Below, piece after piece: positions 27,951-37,932 of a stretch of 64,000 nt of DNA. How positions within the stretch are numbered: the first letter of the stretch is position 1; each line of letters begins with the position of its first letter. The notes beneath the pieces were generated by a model, which did not search any database, was not told where the DNA came from, and saw only the letters and a list, made by a program, of their open reading frames with translations. The stretch is from Escherichia coli (GTDB taxonomy: Bacteria; Pseudomonadota; Gammaproteobacteria; Enterobacterales; Enterobacteriaceae), in NCBI RefSeq assembly GCF_017348835.2, contig NZ_CP071375.1; one strand, written 5' to 3'. The translations under genes and the position numbers were made by a program.

Positions 27951-28880
27951 TTATTCTTGTGCACTTCCGCTGATTTCATTTTGTATATGCGTTGCAATAT
28001 CGCAATTGGTTGCCGCTTGTGAACTAAATATCATCTTCTCACGCGAATACACCGCAAACTTATCTGCCAGGTTTGAAGCAAACACCTTGCTGGCATTTTC
28101 TGCTAGCAAATCGGTAACGATATCATGGTGATTTTTATCCACTTTGCGGGCGATATTTCCCGCCTCTTTGTCCTTATTATACCCTTCGTTGGTGCTTTCC
28201 CAGCTTAATGCCGCTGAGGTGGTTTTTATCATGACTTCTGTTCGGTAGCCTGCATCTTTGAGTTTTTTTAATGTTTGTAGCGGCGTAGCGGCATTACGAA
28301 ATGTTCCTTCGACAACAATATTGAGTTTATTGGCTATGGCCCTCTCTATTGCACGTTCGACCGTTTCGCCGGAAAATTTTGCCGTATGGGTAACAAAATC
28401 GTCGCCATAAGTTTGATATATATAATTAAAATCAGGGTGTAGAAATCTGAAATCATCACCATTAATAATCATTATATTATTCTTTGTTTCCCTTTTTGCT
28501 AATTCGATTAGGGCGGATTTTCCGGCTCCTGGTTGTCCACCTAAAACAAAACCAATGGGACTCTGCTGGGATGTGACGTCATGGTTTGTCAGACGCTGCC
28601 AAATAGAATCAAAAGACGCTTTATTTTCTGAATGCGCAGTATTATTAAATTCACGCTGATACTTTTTTCTGACCTGCTGGAGGCGTAACTTTCCCTGTGT
28701 AAAATCAACAAGTTCTGCTGGAGTGGAATAAAGATTGTCGCGATAGCTGACTAATTGTGATAGCTCATCGTCTGAGTCCTGAACTTGTGAGGAAAAACAA
28801 CTGTCGACGATATTTGATAAAAACGCGATGCACTGACTGGTGCCGTTTAAAAGTGCATCTTTTTCCATTAAAGTAGCCAT
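27951..28880 (-). CDS. ezeT: Single-chain zeta-toxin family protein (EzeT-like UDP-GlcNAc kinase toxin with N-terminal cis-antitoxin domain)
   Basis: ORF 27951..28886; Walker A GGQPGAGKS placed ~110 residues from the N-terminus (long N-terminal extension); zeta-toxin-like C-terminal region; likely ATG at 28880 preceded by AGGAG; AT-rich. Confidence 0.7.
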   Translation of the reverse strand: MATLMEKDALLNGTSQCIAFLSNIVDSCFSSQVQDSDDELSQLVSYRDNLYSTPAELVDFTQGKLRLQQVRKKYQREFNNTAHSENKASFDSIWQRLTNHDVTSQQSPIGFVLGGQPGAGKSALIELAKRETKNNIMIINGDDFRFLHPDFNYIYQTYGDDFVTHTAKFSGETVERAIERAIANKLNIVVEGTFRNAATPLQTLKKLKDAGYRTEVMIKTTSAALSWESTNEGYNKDKEAGNIARKVDKNHHDIVTDLLAENASKVFASNLADKFAVYSREKMIFSSQAATNCDIATHIQNEISGSAQE

Positions 28881-29024
28881 TAACACTCCTGTTAAATAAT
28901 ATTTTTCGGTGATTATAATACTGTTCTACAGGAGTGATTTTGCATTTCAGATATTATTTAATCTATGTTTGCAGTGAGGATGGCGTATAACAATTGGTGA
29001 GCGTTATACGCCAGTAGGAAAATA

Positions 29025-30374
29025 TTACTCAAACAAATTACTATGCAGTTTTTGCACCACCTGCTCGGCATCTTCGCCGGGCACCAGGAAGCACAGGTTA
29101 TGGCTGGATGCGCCGTAACAAATCATGCGAATGTTGAACGGTTCCAGTACGCCGAATACCTCTTTGCCAACGCCGCAGGCTTTTGACAGGTCATTGCCAA
29201 TCAACGCGACCAGCGCCAGACCTTCTTCTACTTCCACCCGGCACAGTGCGGAAAGCTCCATCAGCAGAGATTGCGTCAGCAACGTATCGCCAGTGGAGGT
29301 TGAACCGGTGGTATCAAGGGTTAATGCCACGCTCACTTCTGACGTGGTGATTAAGTCTACCGAAATATTATGCCGCGCGAGGATGCCGAAAACTTCCGCG
29401 AGGAAGCCGCGAGAATGCAGCATATTCAGGCTGTGCAAAGTGAGCAGAGTCTGATTGCGACGAAGCGCCAGCGCGCGGAACAGCGGCGGATTTTCAGTTT
29501 TATTGCATACCAGCGTACCACCTGCGCGTGGGTCTTTGCTGGAGCCGACAAAGACCGGGATATCGCTGCGTACTGCGGGTAGCAATGTTGCCGGATGCAG
29601 TACTTTTGCACCAAAAGTTGCCATCTCTGCTGCTTCGGCAAACGCGATTTCATCAATGCGTTTTGCTGCGGAAACCACGCGTGGATCGGTGGTGTAGATG
29701 CCCGGGACGTCGGTCCAGATATCAACACGAGATGCGTGTAAAGCCTCCGCCAGCAAGGCTGCCGTATAATCGCTGCCTCCACGGCCAAGCGTCGTTGTAC
29801 GACCTTTATTTTCGCTACCGATAAATCCCTGGGTGATCACTAAACCTTCATTGAGACGTGGGAGCAGCTGCAGCGCGGCCAGTTCCGCCAGCGCGGCTAT
29901 ATCTGGCTCTGCACGACCAAATCGGTCGTTGGTACGCATCACTTTACGTACATCAAACCACTGTGCCTGAACATCGCGTTCGCGCAGGATCTCAACAAAC
30001 AGCAGGGTCGACATCAGCTCGCCGTGGCTGACCAGCTCATCTGTCAGCGCCGGAGACGTTGCCAGCGCCGCCGCTTCTGCCAGAACAGTAATGTTCTCCA
30101 GCAGACGTTCAATCTCTTCACGGATAACGTTCGGGTAACGCAGACGTTCCAGAATGGCAAACTGGATGTTGCGAATAGCGTCGAGTTTTTCGAATCGCTC
30201 GCCAGGTTCCAGCCCTTCCGCTAAAGCGACCAGCAGATTAGTGATACCAGCAGAAGCCGAGAGGACAACTAAACGCACGTTGGCATCAGAAAGCACAATA
30301 TCAGCGCTGCGGTTCATGGCGTCAAAATCAGCTACGCTGGTACCGCCAAATTTGGAGACAACAATTTCAGACAT
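29025..30374 (-). CDS. lysC: Lysine-sensitive aspartokinase III
   Basis: 449-aa ORF MSEIVVSKFGGTSVADFDAMNRSADIVLSDANVRLVVLSASAGITN... recognised as LysC. Confidence 0.95.
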   Translation of the reverse strand: MSEIVVSKFGGTSVADFDAMNRSADIVLSDANVRLVVLSASAGITNLLVALAEGLEPGERFEKLDAIRNIQFAILERLRYPNVIREEIERLLENITVLAEAAALATSPALTDELVSHGELMSTLLFVEILRERDVQAQWFDVRKVMRTNDRFGRAEPDIAALAELAALQLLPRLNEGLVITQGFIGSENKGRTTTLGRGGSDYTAALLAEALHASRVDIWTDVPGIYTTDPRVVSAAKRIDEIAFAEAAEMATFGAKVLHPATLLPAVRSDIPVFVGSSKDPRAGGTLVCNKTENPPLFRALALRRNQTLLTLHSLNMLHSRGFLAEVFGILARHNISVDLITTSEVSVALTLDTTGSTSTGDTLLTQSLLMELSALCRVEVEEGLALVALIGNDLSKACGVGKEVFGVLEPFNIRMICYGASSHNLCFLVPGEDAEQVVQKLHSNLFE

Positions 30375-30439
30375 AACTACCTCGTGTCAGGGGATCCATT
30401 TTCAGCCTTGGCACAAGGGAAGAGCGGAAGACGGGTGGG

Positions 30440-30660
30440 CGCAGAGCGATACTTCGCTACTATTTTCACCCAGAAGTGCTCCACCACTTGCGAAACGCCC
30501 GACTGCGAACGCTTCTGGTGACAACCCAGGGGATTCAGCCCCTGTAGCCGATGATGAACGTGGCCAGCCGTTCAATCACCTCGGCGATGCACCCCCTCAG
30601 GTGTTATCACAGGACTGGCTCCTCCAACACCGTTACTTGGGCAACGCGCCTCTTCTGGCC
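30440..30660 (-). ncRNA. Lysine riboswitch (LYS element) in the lysC 5' leader
   Basis: Long 5' leader on the minus strand upstream of lysC; reverse complement contains AGAGGCGCGUUGCCCAAGUAACGGUGUUGGAGGAGCCAG ... GGUGCAUCGCCGAGGUGAUUGAACGG, consistent with the known lysC lysine aptamer; boundaries approximate. Confidence 0.65.
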
Positions 30661-30898
30661 TGCGCTAGCGCAGGTAGTACATTTATAAATAAAGGGTGAG
30701 CGGGGCGGTTGTCAACGACGGGGTCATGCGGATTTTTCATCCACTCCTGGCGGTCAGTAGTTCAGCTAATAAATGCTTCACTGCGCTAAGGGTTTACACT
30801 CAACATTACGCTAACGGCACTAAAACCATCACATTTTTCTGTGACTGGCGCTACAATCTTCCAAAGTCACAATTCTCAAAATCAGAAGAGTATTGCTA

Positions 30899-32548
30899 AT
30901 GAAAAACATCAATCCAACGCAGACCGCTGCCTGGCAGGCACTACAGAAACACTTCGATGAAATGAAAGACGTTACGATCGCCGATCTTTTTGCTAAAGAC
31001 GGCGATCGTTTTTCTAAGTTCTCCGCAACCTTCGACGATCAGATGCTGGTGGATTACTCCAAAAACCGCATCACTGAAGAGACGCTGGCGAAATTACAAG
31101 ATCTGGCGAAAGAGTGCGATCTGGCGGGCGCGATTAAGTCGATGTTCTCTGGCGAGAAGATCAACCGCACTGAAAACCGCGCTGTGCTGCACGTAGCGCT
31201 GCGTAACCGTAGCAATACCCCGATTTTGGTTGATGGCAAAGACGTAATGCCGGAAGTCAACACGGTGCTGGAGAAGATGAAAACCTTCTCGGAAGCGATT
31301 ATCTCCGGTGAGTGGAAGGGTTATACCGGCAAAGCAATCACTGACGTAGTGAACATCGGGATCGGCGGTTCTGACCTCGGCCCGTACATGGTGACCGAAG
31401 CACTGCGTCCGTACAAAAATCACCTGAACATGCACTTTGTTTCTAACGTCGATGGGACTCACATCGCGGAAGTGCTGAAAAAAATAAACCCGGAAACCAC
31501 GCTGTTCCTGGTAGCATCTAAAACCTTCACCACTCAGGAAACCATGACCAACGCCCATAGCGCGCGTGACTGGTTCCTGAAAGCGGCAGGTGATGAAAAA
31601 CACGTTGCGAAACACTTTGCGGCGCTATCAACCAATGCCAAAGCCGTTGGCGAGTTTGGTATTGATACTGCCAACATGTTCGAGTTCTGGGACTGGGTCG
31701 GCGGTCGTTACTCTTTGTGGTCAGCGATTGGCCTGTCGATTGTTCTCTCCATCGGCTTTGATAACTTCGTTGAACTGCTTTCTGGCGCACACGCGATGGA
31801 CAAGCATTTCTCCACCACGCCTGCCGAGAAAAACCTGCCTGTCCTGCTGGCGCTGATTGGCATCTGGTACAACAATTTCTTTGGTGCGGAAACTGAAGCG
31901 ATTCTGCCGTATGACCAGTATATGCACCGTTTCGCGGCGTACTTCCAGCAGGGCAATATGGAGTCCAACGGTAAGTATGTTGACCGTAACGGTAACGTTG
32001 TGGATTACCAGACTGGCCCGATTATCTGGGGTGAACCAGGCACTAACGGTCAGCACGCGTTCTACCAGCTGATCCATCAGGGAACCAAAATGGTACCGTG
32101 CGATTTCATCGCCCCGGCTATCACCCATAACCCGCTCTCTGATCATCACCAGAAACTGCTGTCTAACTTCTTTGCTCAGACCGAAGCGCTGGCGTTTGGT
32201 AAATCCCGCGAAGTGGTTGAGCAGGAATATCGCGATCAGGGTAAAGATCCGGCAACGCTTGACTACGTGGTTCCGTTCAAAGTGTTCGAAGGTAACCGCC
32301 CGACCAACTCTATCCTGTTGCGCGAAATCACTCCGTTCAGCCTGGGTGCGTTGATTGCGCTGTATGAGCACAAAATCTTTACTCAGGGCGTGATCCTGAA
32401 CATCTTCACCTTCGACCAGTGGGGCGTGGAACTGGGTAAACAGCTGGCGAACCGTATTCTGCCAGAGCTGAAAGATGATAAAGAAATCAGCAGCCACGAT
32501 AGCTCGACCAATGGTCTGATTAACCGCTATAAAGCGTGGCGCGGTTAA
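30899..32548 (+). CDS. pgi: Glucose-6-phosphate isomerase
   Basis: ORF 30893..32548 trimmed to [19 protein letters not shown]... (549 aa). Confidence 0.95.
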   Translation: MKNINPTQTAAWQALQKHFDEMKDVTIADLFAKDGDRFSKFSATFDDQMLVDYSKNRITEETLAKLQDLAKECDLAGAIKSMFSGEKINRTENRAVLHVALRNRSNTPILVDGKDVMPEVNTVLEKMKTFSEAIISGEWKGYTGKAITDVVNIGIGGSDLGPYMVTEALRPYKNHLNMHFVSNVDGTHIAEVLKKINPETTLFLVASKTFTTQETMTNAHSARDWFLKAAGDEKHVAKHFAALSTNAKAVGEFGIDTANMFEFWDWVGGRYSLWSAIGLSIVLSIGFDNFVELLSGAHAMDKHFSTTPAEKNLPVLLALIGIWYNNFFGAETEAILPYDQYMHRFAAYFQQGNMESNGKYVDRNGNVVDYQTGPIIWGEPGTNGQHAFYQLIHQGTKMVPCDFIAPAITHNPLSDHHQKLLSNFFAQTEALAFGKSREVVEQEYRDQGKDPATLDYVVPFKVFEGNRPTNSILLREITPFSLGALIALYEHKIFTQGVILNIFTFDQWGVELGKQLANRILPELKDDKEISSHDSSTNGLINRYKAWRG

Positions 32549-32550
32549 TC

Positions 32551-32660
32551 ATCGTTCATGCCTGATGCCGCTATGTAGGCCGGATAAGGCGTTCACGCCG
32601 CATCCGGCAACCGATGCCTGATGCGACGCGGTCGCGTCTTATCAGGCCTACAGGTCGATG
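32551..32660. repeat. REP cluster downstream of pgi
   Basis: GCCTGATGCCGCTATGTAGGCCGGATAAGGCGTTCACGCCGCATCCGGCA and GCCTGATGCGACGCGGTCGCGTCTTATCAGGCCTACA units. Confidence 0.75.
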
Positions 32661-32720
32661 CCGATATGTACATCGTATTCGGCAATTAATACATAGCACG
32701 ATTGATTAAATAACCTTAAT

Positions 32721-32755
32721 AACAATGCCGACGTTATGTCGGCATTGTTTTATCA
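32721..32755 (+). terminator. Strong intrinsic terminator (12-bp perfect stem) downstream of pgi
   Basis: AACAATGCCGAC-gttat-GTCGGCATTGTT followed by TTATC. Confidence 0.55.
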
Positions 32756-33059
32756 GATAAATCCCCTTGTCTGTTATTTAACGGAAATCATACCGTGAGG
32801 TTAATCCTAAAATAGATTTTTAATCGTGATTGATTTCGGAAAATACTCAGATTAATTACTTTTACTTTTATTTTAACATTATGATTTTTAATATTATTTA
32901 TATATAAGTTGTAGCTTATATTTGATATTCATTCCAATTATCCTAAAACCCCATCTCTAATTCCCCGCGCCGTAATTCGCATGCTTTAGTTGTGTATACT
33001 CGATCCCGCCCGAAATGTTTTTGGGTAAATCTCCATTCATTCAATGAAGGGAAATTGTT

Positions 33060-33302
33060 ATGAAAAAAGTTCTGTATGGCATTTTTGCCATATCTGCGCT
33101 TGCGGCGACTTCTGCGTGGGCTGCACCTGTACAGGTGGGCGAAGCGGCAGGGTCGGCAGCAACGTCGGTTTCGGCGGGGAGTTCCTCCGCGACCAGCGTC
33201 AGCACCGTAAGCTCGGCGGTGGGGGGCGCGCTCGCGGCAACCGGTGGCGGTGATGGTTCTAATACCGGGACCACAACAACCACGACCACCAGTACCCAGT
33301 AA
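33060..33302 (+). CDS. yjbE: Small secreted low-complexity protein of the yjbEFGH exopolysaccharide locus
   Basis: 80-aa ORF with signal peptide ([21 protein letters not shown]) and Ser/Gly/Thr/Ala-rich tail ending in poly-Thr. Confidence 0.85.
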   Translation: MKKVLYGIFAISALAATSAWAAPVQVGEAAGSAATSVSAGSSSATSVSTVSSAVGGALAATGGGDGSNTGTTTTTTTSTQ

Positions 33303-33415
33303 TAAAGTATGTATCCCCAAAATAATTCGAGTCATCACATCTGTGGCTTGAAGTATGAAGGGATTTACCATAACCACACTCCGGTGTGGTTATTCTGCCC
33401 CTCTGGAGAAGAGTC

Positions 33416-34054
33416 GTGAAGCGACCTGCATTCATTCTTATCTGCCTGCTATTACAGGCCTGTTCAGCCACGACTAAAGAGCTGGGCAATTCACTGTGGG
33501 ACAGTCTGTTCGGTACGCCAGGTGTACAGCTGACGGACGATGATATTCAAAATATGCCCTACGCCAGCCAGTACATGCAGCTTAATGGCGGGCCGCAGTT
33601 ATTTGTGGTGCTGGCCTTCGCTGAAGACGGACAACAAAAATGGGTCACTCAGGATCAGGCCACTCTCGTCACACAACATGGTCGTCTGGTGAAGACTCTG
33701 CTTGGCGGCGACAACTTGATTGAGGTGAATAACCTTGCCGCCGACCCGCTGATTAAACCCGCACAAATCATTGATGGTGCAACTTGGACGCGCACGATGG
33801 GCTGGACCGAATACCAGCAGGTACGCTACGCCACCGCACGCTCAGTCTTCAAATGGGATGGCACCGATACCGTCAAAGTCGGCAGCGATGAAACCCCGGT
33901 TCGCGTGCTGGACGAAGAAGTCTCCACCAACCAGGCGCGCTGGCATAACCGCTATTGGATCGACAGCGAAGGGCAAATTCGCCAGTCGGAACAGTATCTC
34001 GGCGCGGATTATTTCCCGGTGAAAACCACCCTCATCAAGGCGGCAAAACAATGA
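33416..34054 (+). CDS. yjbF: Lipoprotein YjbF
   Basis: ORF 33386..34054; lipobox LLQAC after a hydrophobic signal; start probably GTG at 33416 (VKRPAFILICLLLQAC). Confidence 0.75.
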   Translation: MKRPAFILICLLLQACSATTKELGNSLWDSLFGTPGVQLTDDDIQNMPYASQYMQLNGGPQLFVVLAFAEDGQQKWVTQDQATLVTQHGRLVKTLLGGDNLIEVNNLAADPLIKPAQIIDGATWTRTMGWTEYQQVRYATARSVFKWDGTDTVKVGSDETPVRVLDEEVSTNQARWHNRYWIDSEGQIRQSEQYLGADYFPVKTTLIKAAKQ

Positions 34055-34788
34055 TCAAACAAACTTTTGTCGCGTTGCTTTTGAGTGTGGGAGCGTCATC
34101 GGTCTTCGCGGCAGGAACCGTCAAGGTGTTCAGCAATGGCAGCAGTGAGGCCAAAACACTAACAGGCGCAGAGCATTTAATCGATCTGGTAGGCCAACCG
34201 CGGCTGGCAAACAGCTGGTGGCCCGGTGCGGTGATCAGCGAAGAGCTGGCAACGGCGGCAGCATTGCGTCAGCAGCAGGCGTTGCTGACACGGCTGGCAG
34301 AACTGGCCGCAGACTCCAGCGCTGATGATGCCGCTGCGATTAACGCCTTACGCCAGCAAATTCAGGCGTTGAAAGTGACGGGTAGGCAAAAAATCAATCT
34401 TGATCCCGATATCGTCCGCGTTGCCGAACGCGGTAACCCGCCGTTGCAGGGGAACTACACGCTGTGGGTCGGACCACCGCCGTCCACGGTCACGTTGTTC
34501 GGGCTTATCAGCCGTCCTGGCAAGCAGCCATTCACTCCAGGTCGCGACGTGGCGAGCTATCTCTCTGACCAGAGCCTGCTCAGCGGTGCGGATCGCAGCT
34601 ACGCGTGGGTGGTTTACCCGGACGGACGCACGCAAAAAGCGCCGGTGGCTTACTGGAACAAGCGTCACGTAGAGCCGATGCCCGGCAGCATTATTTATGT
34701 TGGCCTCGCGGACTCCGTCTGGAGTGAGACGCCTGATGCCCTTAACGCCGACATTCTTCAGACTCTGACGCAGCGGATACCTCAATAA
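34051..34788 (+). CDS. yjbG: Periplasmic protein YjbG
   Basis: ORF 33955..34788 trimmed to [20 protein letters not shown]... (signal peptide); ATG overlaps the yjbF stop (ATGA). Confidence 0.8.
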   Translation: MIKQTFVALLLSVGASSVFAAGTVKVFSNGSSEAKTLTGAEHLIDLVGQPRLANSWWPGAVISEELATAAALRQQQALLTRLAELAADSSADDAAAINALRQQIQALKVTGRQKINLDPDIVRVAERGNPPLQGNYTLWVGPPPSTVTLFGLISRPGKQPFTPGRDVASYLSDQSLLSGADRSYAWVVYPDGRTQKAPVAYWNKRHVEPMPGSIIYVGLADSVWSETPDALNADILQTLTQRIPQ

Positions 34789-36884
34789 TGAAAAAAAGAC
34801 ATCTGCTTAGCTTACTGGCGCTGGGCATTAGCACAGCTTGCTACGGCGAAACATATCCTGCGCCCATTGGTCCGTCGCAGTCGGATTTCGGTGGCGTAGG
34901 ATTATTACAAACGCCCACGGCTCGCATGGCGCGGGAAGGGGAGTTGAGTCTGAACTATCGCGATAACGATCAGTACCGTTATTACTCAGCTTCAGTGCAA
35001 CTCTTCCCGTGGCTGGAAACAACGCTGCGCTACACCGACGTGCGCACCCGGCAGTACAGCAGCGTCGAAGCGTTCTCTGGCGATCAAACGTATAAAGATA
35101 AAGCCTTCGATCTCAAACTGCGTTTGTGGGAAGAGAGTTACTGGCTGCCGCAAGTGGCGGTTGGTGCGCGGGATATCGGCGGTACGGGGCTGTTTGATGC
35201 GGAATATCTTGTTGCCAGCAAAGCCTGGGGGCCGTTCGATTTTACGCTCGGCCTGGGCTGGGGGTATTTGGGCACCAGCGGTAATGTGAAAAATCCGCTC
35301 TGTTCAGCCAGTGATAAATATTGCTATCGCGATAACAGCTACAAACAGGCGGGATCTATCTACGGTAGCCAGATGTTCCACGGTCCTGCCTCACTGTTTG
35401 GCGGCGTGGAATACCAGACGCCCTGGCAACCGCTGCGCCTGAAACTGGAGTATGAAGGCAATAATTATCAGCAGGATTTTGCCGGTAAGCTGGAGCAAAA
35501 AAGTAAGTTTAACGTCGGGGCGATTTATCGCGTTACCGATTGGGCCGACGTTAACCTTAGCTATGAACGTGGCAACACCTTTATGTTTGGCGTCACGCTG
35601 CGCACCAACTTTAACGATCTGCGCCCGTCTTACAACGATAACGCCCGCCCGCAATATCAACCGCAGCCGCAGGATGCCATTTTGCAGCATTCGGTGGTGG
35701 CGAATCAGTTAACGCTGTTGAAATACAATGCCGGACTTGCCGATCCGCAGATCCAGGCGAAAGGCGATACGCTGTATGTTACCGGCGAGCAGGTGAAATA
35801 TCGTGATTCGCGCGAAGGGATCATCCGTGCTAATCGGATCGTGATGAATGATCTGCCGGATGGGATCAAGACGATCCGCGTTACGGAAAATCGCCTTAAC
35901 ATGCCGCAGGTGACGACGGAAACGGATGTCGCCAGCCTGAAAAATCATCTCGCCGGAGAGCCGTTGGGCCACGAAACGAAGCTGGCGCAAAAACGCGTCG
36001 AGCCAGTGGTTCCGAAGTCCACCGAGCAGGGCTGGTATATCGACAAATCGCGCTTTGATTTCCATATCGATCCGGTGCTGAACCAGTCGGTCGGTGGCCC
36101 GGAAAACTTTTACATGTATCAGCTGGGCGTGATGGGAACGGCAGATTTGTGGCTGACGGACCATCTGCTCACCACCGGCAGCCTGTTTGCAAATCTTGCC
36201 AACAACTACGACAAGTTTAACTACACCAATCCGCCGCAGGACTCGCACTTACCGCGCGTGCGTACCCATGTGCGCGAGTATGTGCAGAACGATGTCTATG
36301 TGAATAACCTGCAAGCCAACTACTTCCAGCATCTGGGCAACGGCTTCTACGGTCAGGTCTACGGCGGCTATCTCGAAACCATGTTTGGCGGTGCGGGGGC
36401 TGAGGTGTTGTATCGCCCGCTGGACAGCAACTGGGCGTTTGGTCTGGATGCCAACTACGTTAAACAGCGCGACTGGCGTAGCGCGAAAGATATGATGAAA
36501 TTCACCGACTACAGCGCGAAAACCGGACATCTGACCGCGTACTGGACGCCATCTTTCGCCCAGGACGTGTTGGTGAAAGCGAGCGTTGGGCAGTATCTGG
36601 CAGGGGATAAAGGCGGCACGCTGGAGATCGCCAAACGCTTTGATAGCGGTGTGGTGGTGGGTGGCTATGCCACGATCACGAATGTTTCGAAAGAGGAGTA
36701 CGGCGAAGGGGACTTCACCAAAGGCGTGTATGTCTCTGTACCGTTGGATCTCTTCTCGTCTGGCCCGACACGCAGCCGTGCGGCGATTGGCTGGACGCCG
36801 CTGACGCGTGACGGTGGTCAGCAACTTGGGCGTAAGTTCCAGTTGTATGACATGACCAGCGACCGTAGCGTCAATTTCCGCTAA
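34788..36884 (+). CDS. yjbH: Outer-membrane-type lipoprotein YjbH
   Basis: 698-aa ORF with N-terminal signal/lipobox (LALGISTAC); start overlaps the yjbG stop. Confidence 0.85.
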   Translation: MKKRHLLSLLALGISTACYGETYPAPIGPSQSDFGGVGLLQTPTARMAREGELSLNYRDNDQYRYYSASVQLFPWLETTLRYTDVRTRQYSSVEAFSGDQTYKDKAFDLKLRLWEESYWLPQVAVGARDIGGTGLFDAEYLVASKAWGPFDFTLGLGWGYLGTSGNVKNPLCSASDKYCYRDNSYKQAGSIYGSQMFHGPASLFGGVEYQTPWQPLRLKLEYEGNNYQQDFAGKLEQKSKFNVGAIYRVTDWADVNLSYERGNTFMFGVTLRTNFNDLRPSYNDNARPQYQPQPQDAILQHSVVANQLTLLKYNAGLADPQIQAKGDTLYVTGEQVKYRDSREGIIRANRIVMNDLPDGIKTIRVTENRLNMPQVTTETDVASLKNHLAGEPLGHETKLAQKRVEPVVPKSTEQGWYIDKSRFDFHIDPVLNQSVGGPENFYMYQLGVMGTADLWLTDHLLTTGSLFANLANNYDKFNYTNPPQDSHLPRVRTHVREYVQNDVYVNNLQANYFQHLGNGFYGQVYGGYLETMFGGAGAEVLYRPLDSNWAFGLDANYVKQRDWRSAKDMMKFTDYSAKTGHLTAYWTPSFAQDVLVKASVGQYLAGDKGGTLEIAKRFDSGVVVGGYATITNVSKEEYGEGDFTKGVYVSVPLDLFSSGPTRSRAAIGWTPLTRDGGQQLGRKFQLYDMTSDRSVNFR

Positions 36885-36930
36885 GTCATGGGAAAGGTGC
36901 CAGTTTTCGCACTCACTGGCACCTTCATTC

Positions 36931-37209
36931 TTAATGGCCTGTCGAGCCATCAGGAACGCAGTTCACCCCCGGTTTGCGATCTGGTGTGTAAAGGCGAAAA
37001 CATTCTGTCTTCCTGTCCGTCGATATCGGTTGCAGGTCTGGTTGCCTGAGCGACTGGGCCATCATTGGGCTGGAGACATTGCTTTGCGGTAGGTCGGCTT
37101 TATCAGCAGTACCGAGCGGACCAGCATAAGCAGGAAGAACAGAGACTGATAACATCAAAGCAGCAAAATAAGGCTTCATTTTTACCACCTTTATCAGGTT
37201 ACGTTTCAT
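36931..37209 (-). CDS. Small putative secreted protein (possibly the yjbT-type gene)
   Basis: 92-aa minus-strand ORF in the yjbH-psiE intergenic region with a plausible signal peptide (MKPYFAALMLSVSVLPAYA); start may be the internal Met at 37179. Confidence 0.4.
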   Translation of the reverse strand: MKRNLIKVVKMKPYFAALMLSVSVLPAYAGPLGTADKADLPQSNVSSPMMAQSLRQPDLQPISTDRKTECFRLYTPDRKPGVNCVPDGSTGH

Positions 37210-37478
37210 TTGTTCCAGAGGAACATTGTCGATTTTTCGCGCATTGCTGGTGGCTGGGAATCACCTGAATGGGTGATTTTTGAATTACCGGCTTTGGTGC
37301 GGTTTGTCTTGCCGGATGCGCCGCCAGGCGCGGCTTATCCGGCCTACGGGTAGGTATATCCGGCTTTGGTGGAGGCGCGCTCCAAATCCAGGTTGAACAA
37401 AACATACACAAAAAATATAGATCTCCGTCACATTTTTGCGTTATACAGGAAGCTCGCCACTGTGAAGGAGGTACTGCT

Positions 37479-37889
37479 ATGACGTCACTCTCTCGTCCGC
37501 GCGTGGAGTTTATCTCCACCATTTTGCAGACCGTACTCAATCTTGGCCTGCTGTGCCTCGGCCTGATTTTGGTTGTCTTCCTCGGCAAAGAAACGGTGCA
37601 TCTGGCTGATGTGCTGTTCGCGCCAGAACAAACCAGCAAATATGAGCTGGTAGAAGGACTGGTGGTTTACTTTCTCTATTTCGAATTTATCGCGCTGATT
37701 GTGAAGTACTTTCAGTCCGGTTTTCACTTCCCGCTACGTTACTTTGTCTATATTGGGATCACCGCCATTGTGCGCTTGATCATCGTCGATCATAAATCGC
37801 CACTGGATGTGTTGATCTACTCGGCTGCGATCCTGTTACTGGTGATCACCCTGTGGCTGTGTAATTCGAAACGGCTGAAGCGGGAGTAA
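37479..37889 (+). CDS. psiE: Phosphate-starvation-inducible protein E
   Basis: 136-aa membrane protein [29 protein letters not shown]... recognised as PsiE. Confidence 0.93.
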
Positions 37890-37892
37890 AAA

Positions 37893-37930
37893 GACAGCAC
37901 GCCGAACTGGCGCGGCGTGCTGGACAGGAA
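37893..37930. terminator. Bidirectional hairpin between convergent psiE and xylE
   Basis: Stem CAGCACGCCG / CGGCGTGCTG (10 bp) with an 8-nt loop. Confidence 0.5.
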
Positions 37931-37932
37931 GA

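Noticed and set aside
31721-32497. 258-aa minus-strand ORF inside pgi
   Set aside because: Antisense to pgi; no recognisable domain; shadow ORF.
35709-36950. 179-aa and 233-aa minus-strand ORFs inside yjbH
   Set aside because: Antisense to yjbH, Arg-rich; no independent support.
37400-37478. Possible Pho box upstream of psiE (CCGTCAC-ATTT-TTGCGTT)
   Set aside because: Second half-site matches the CTGTCAT consensus poorly; cannot support a specific PhoB site from sequence alone.
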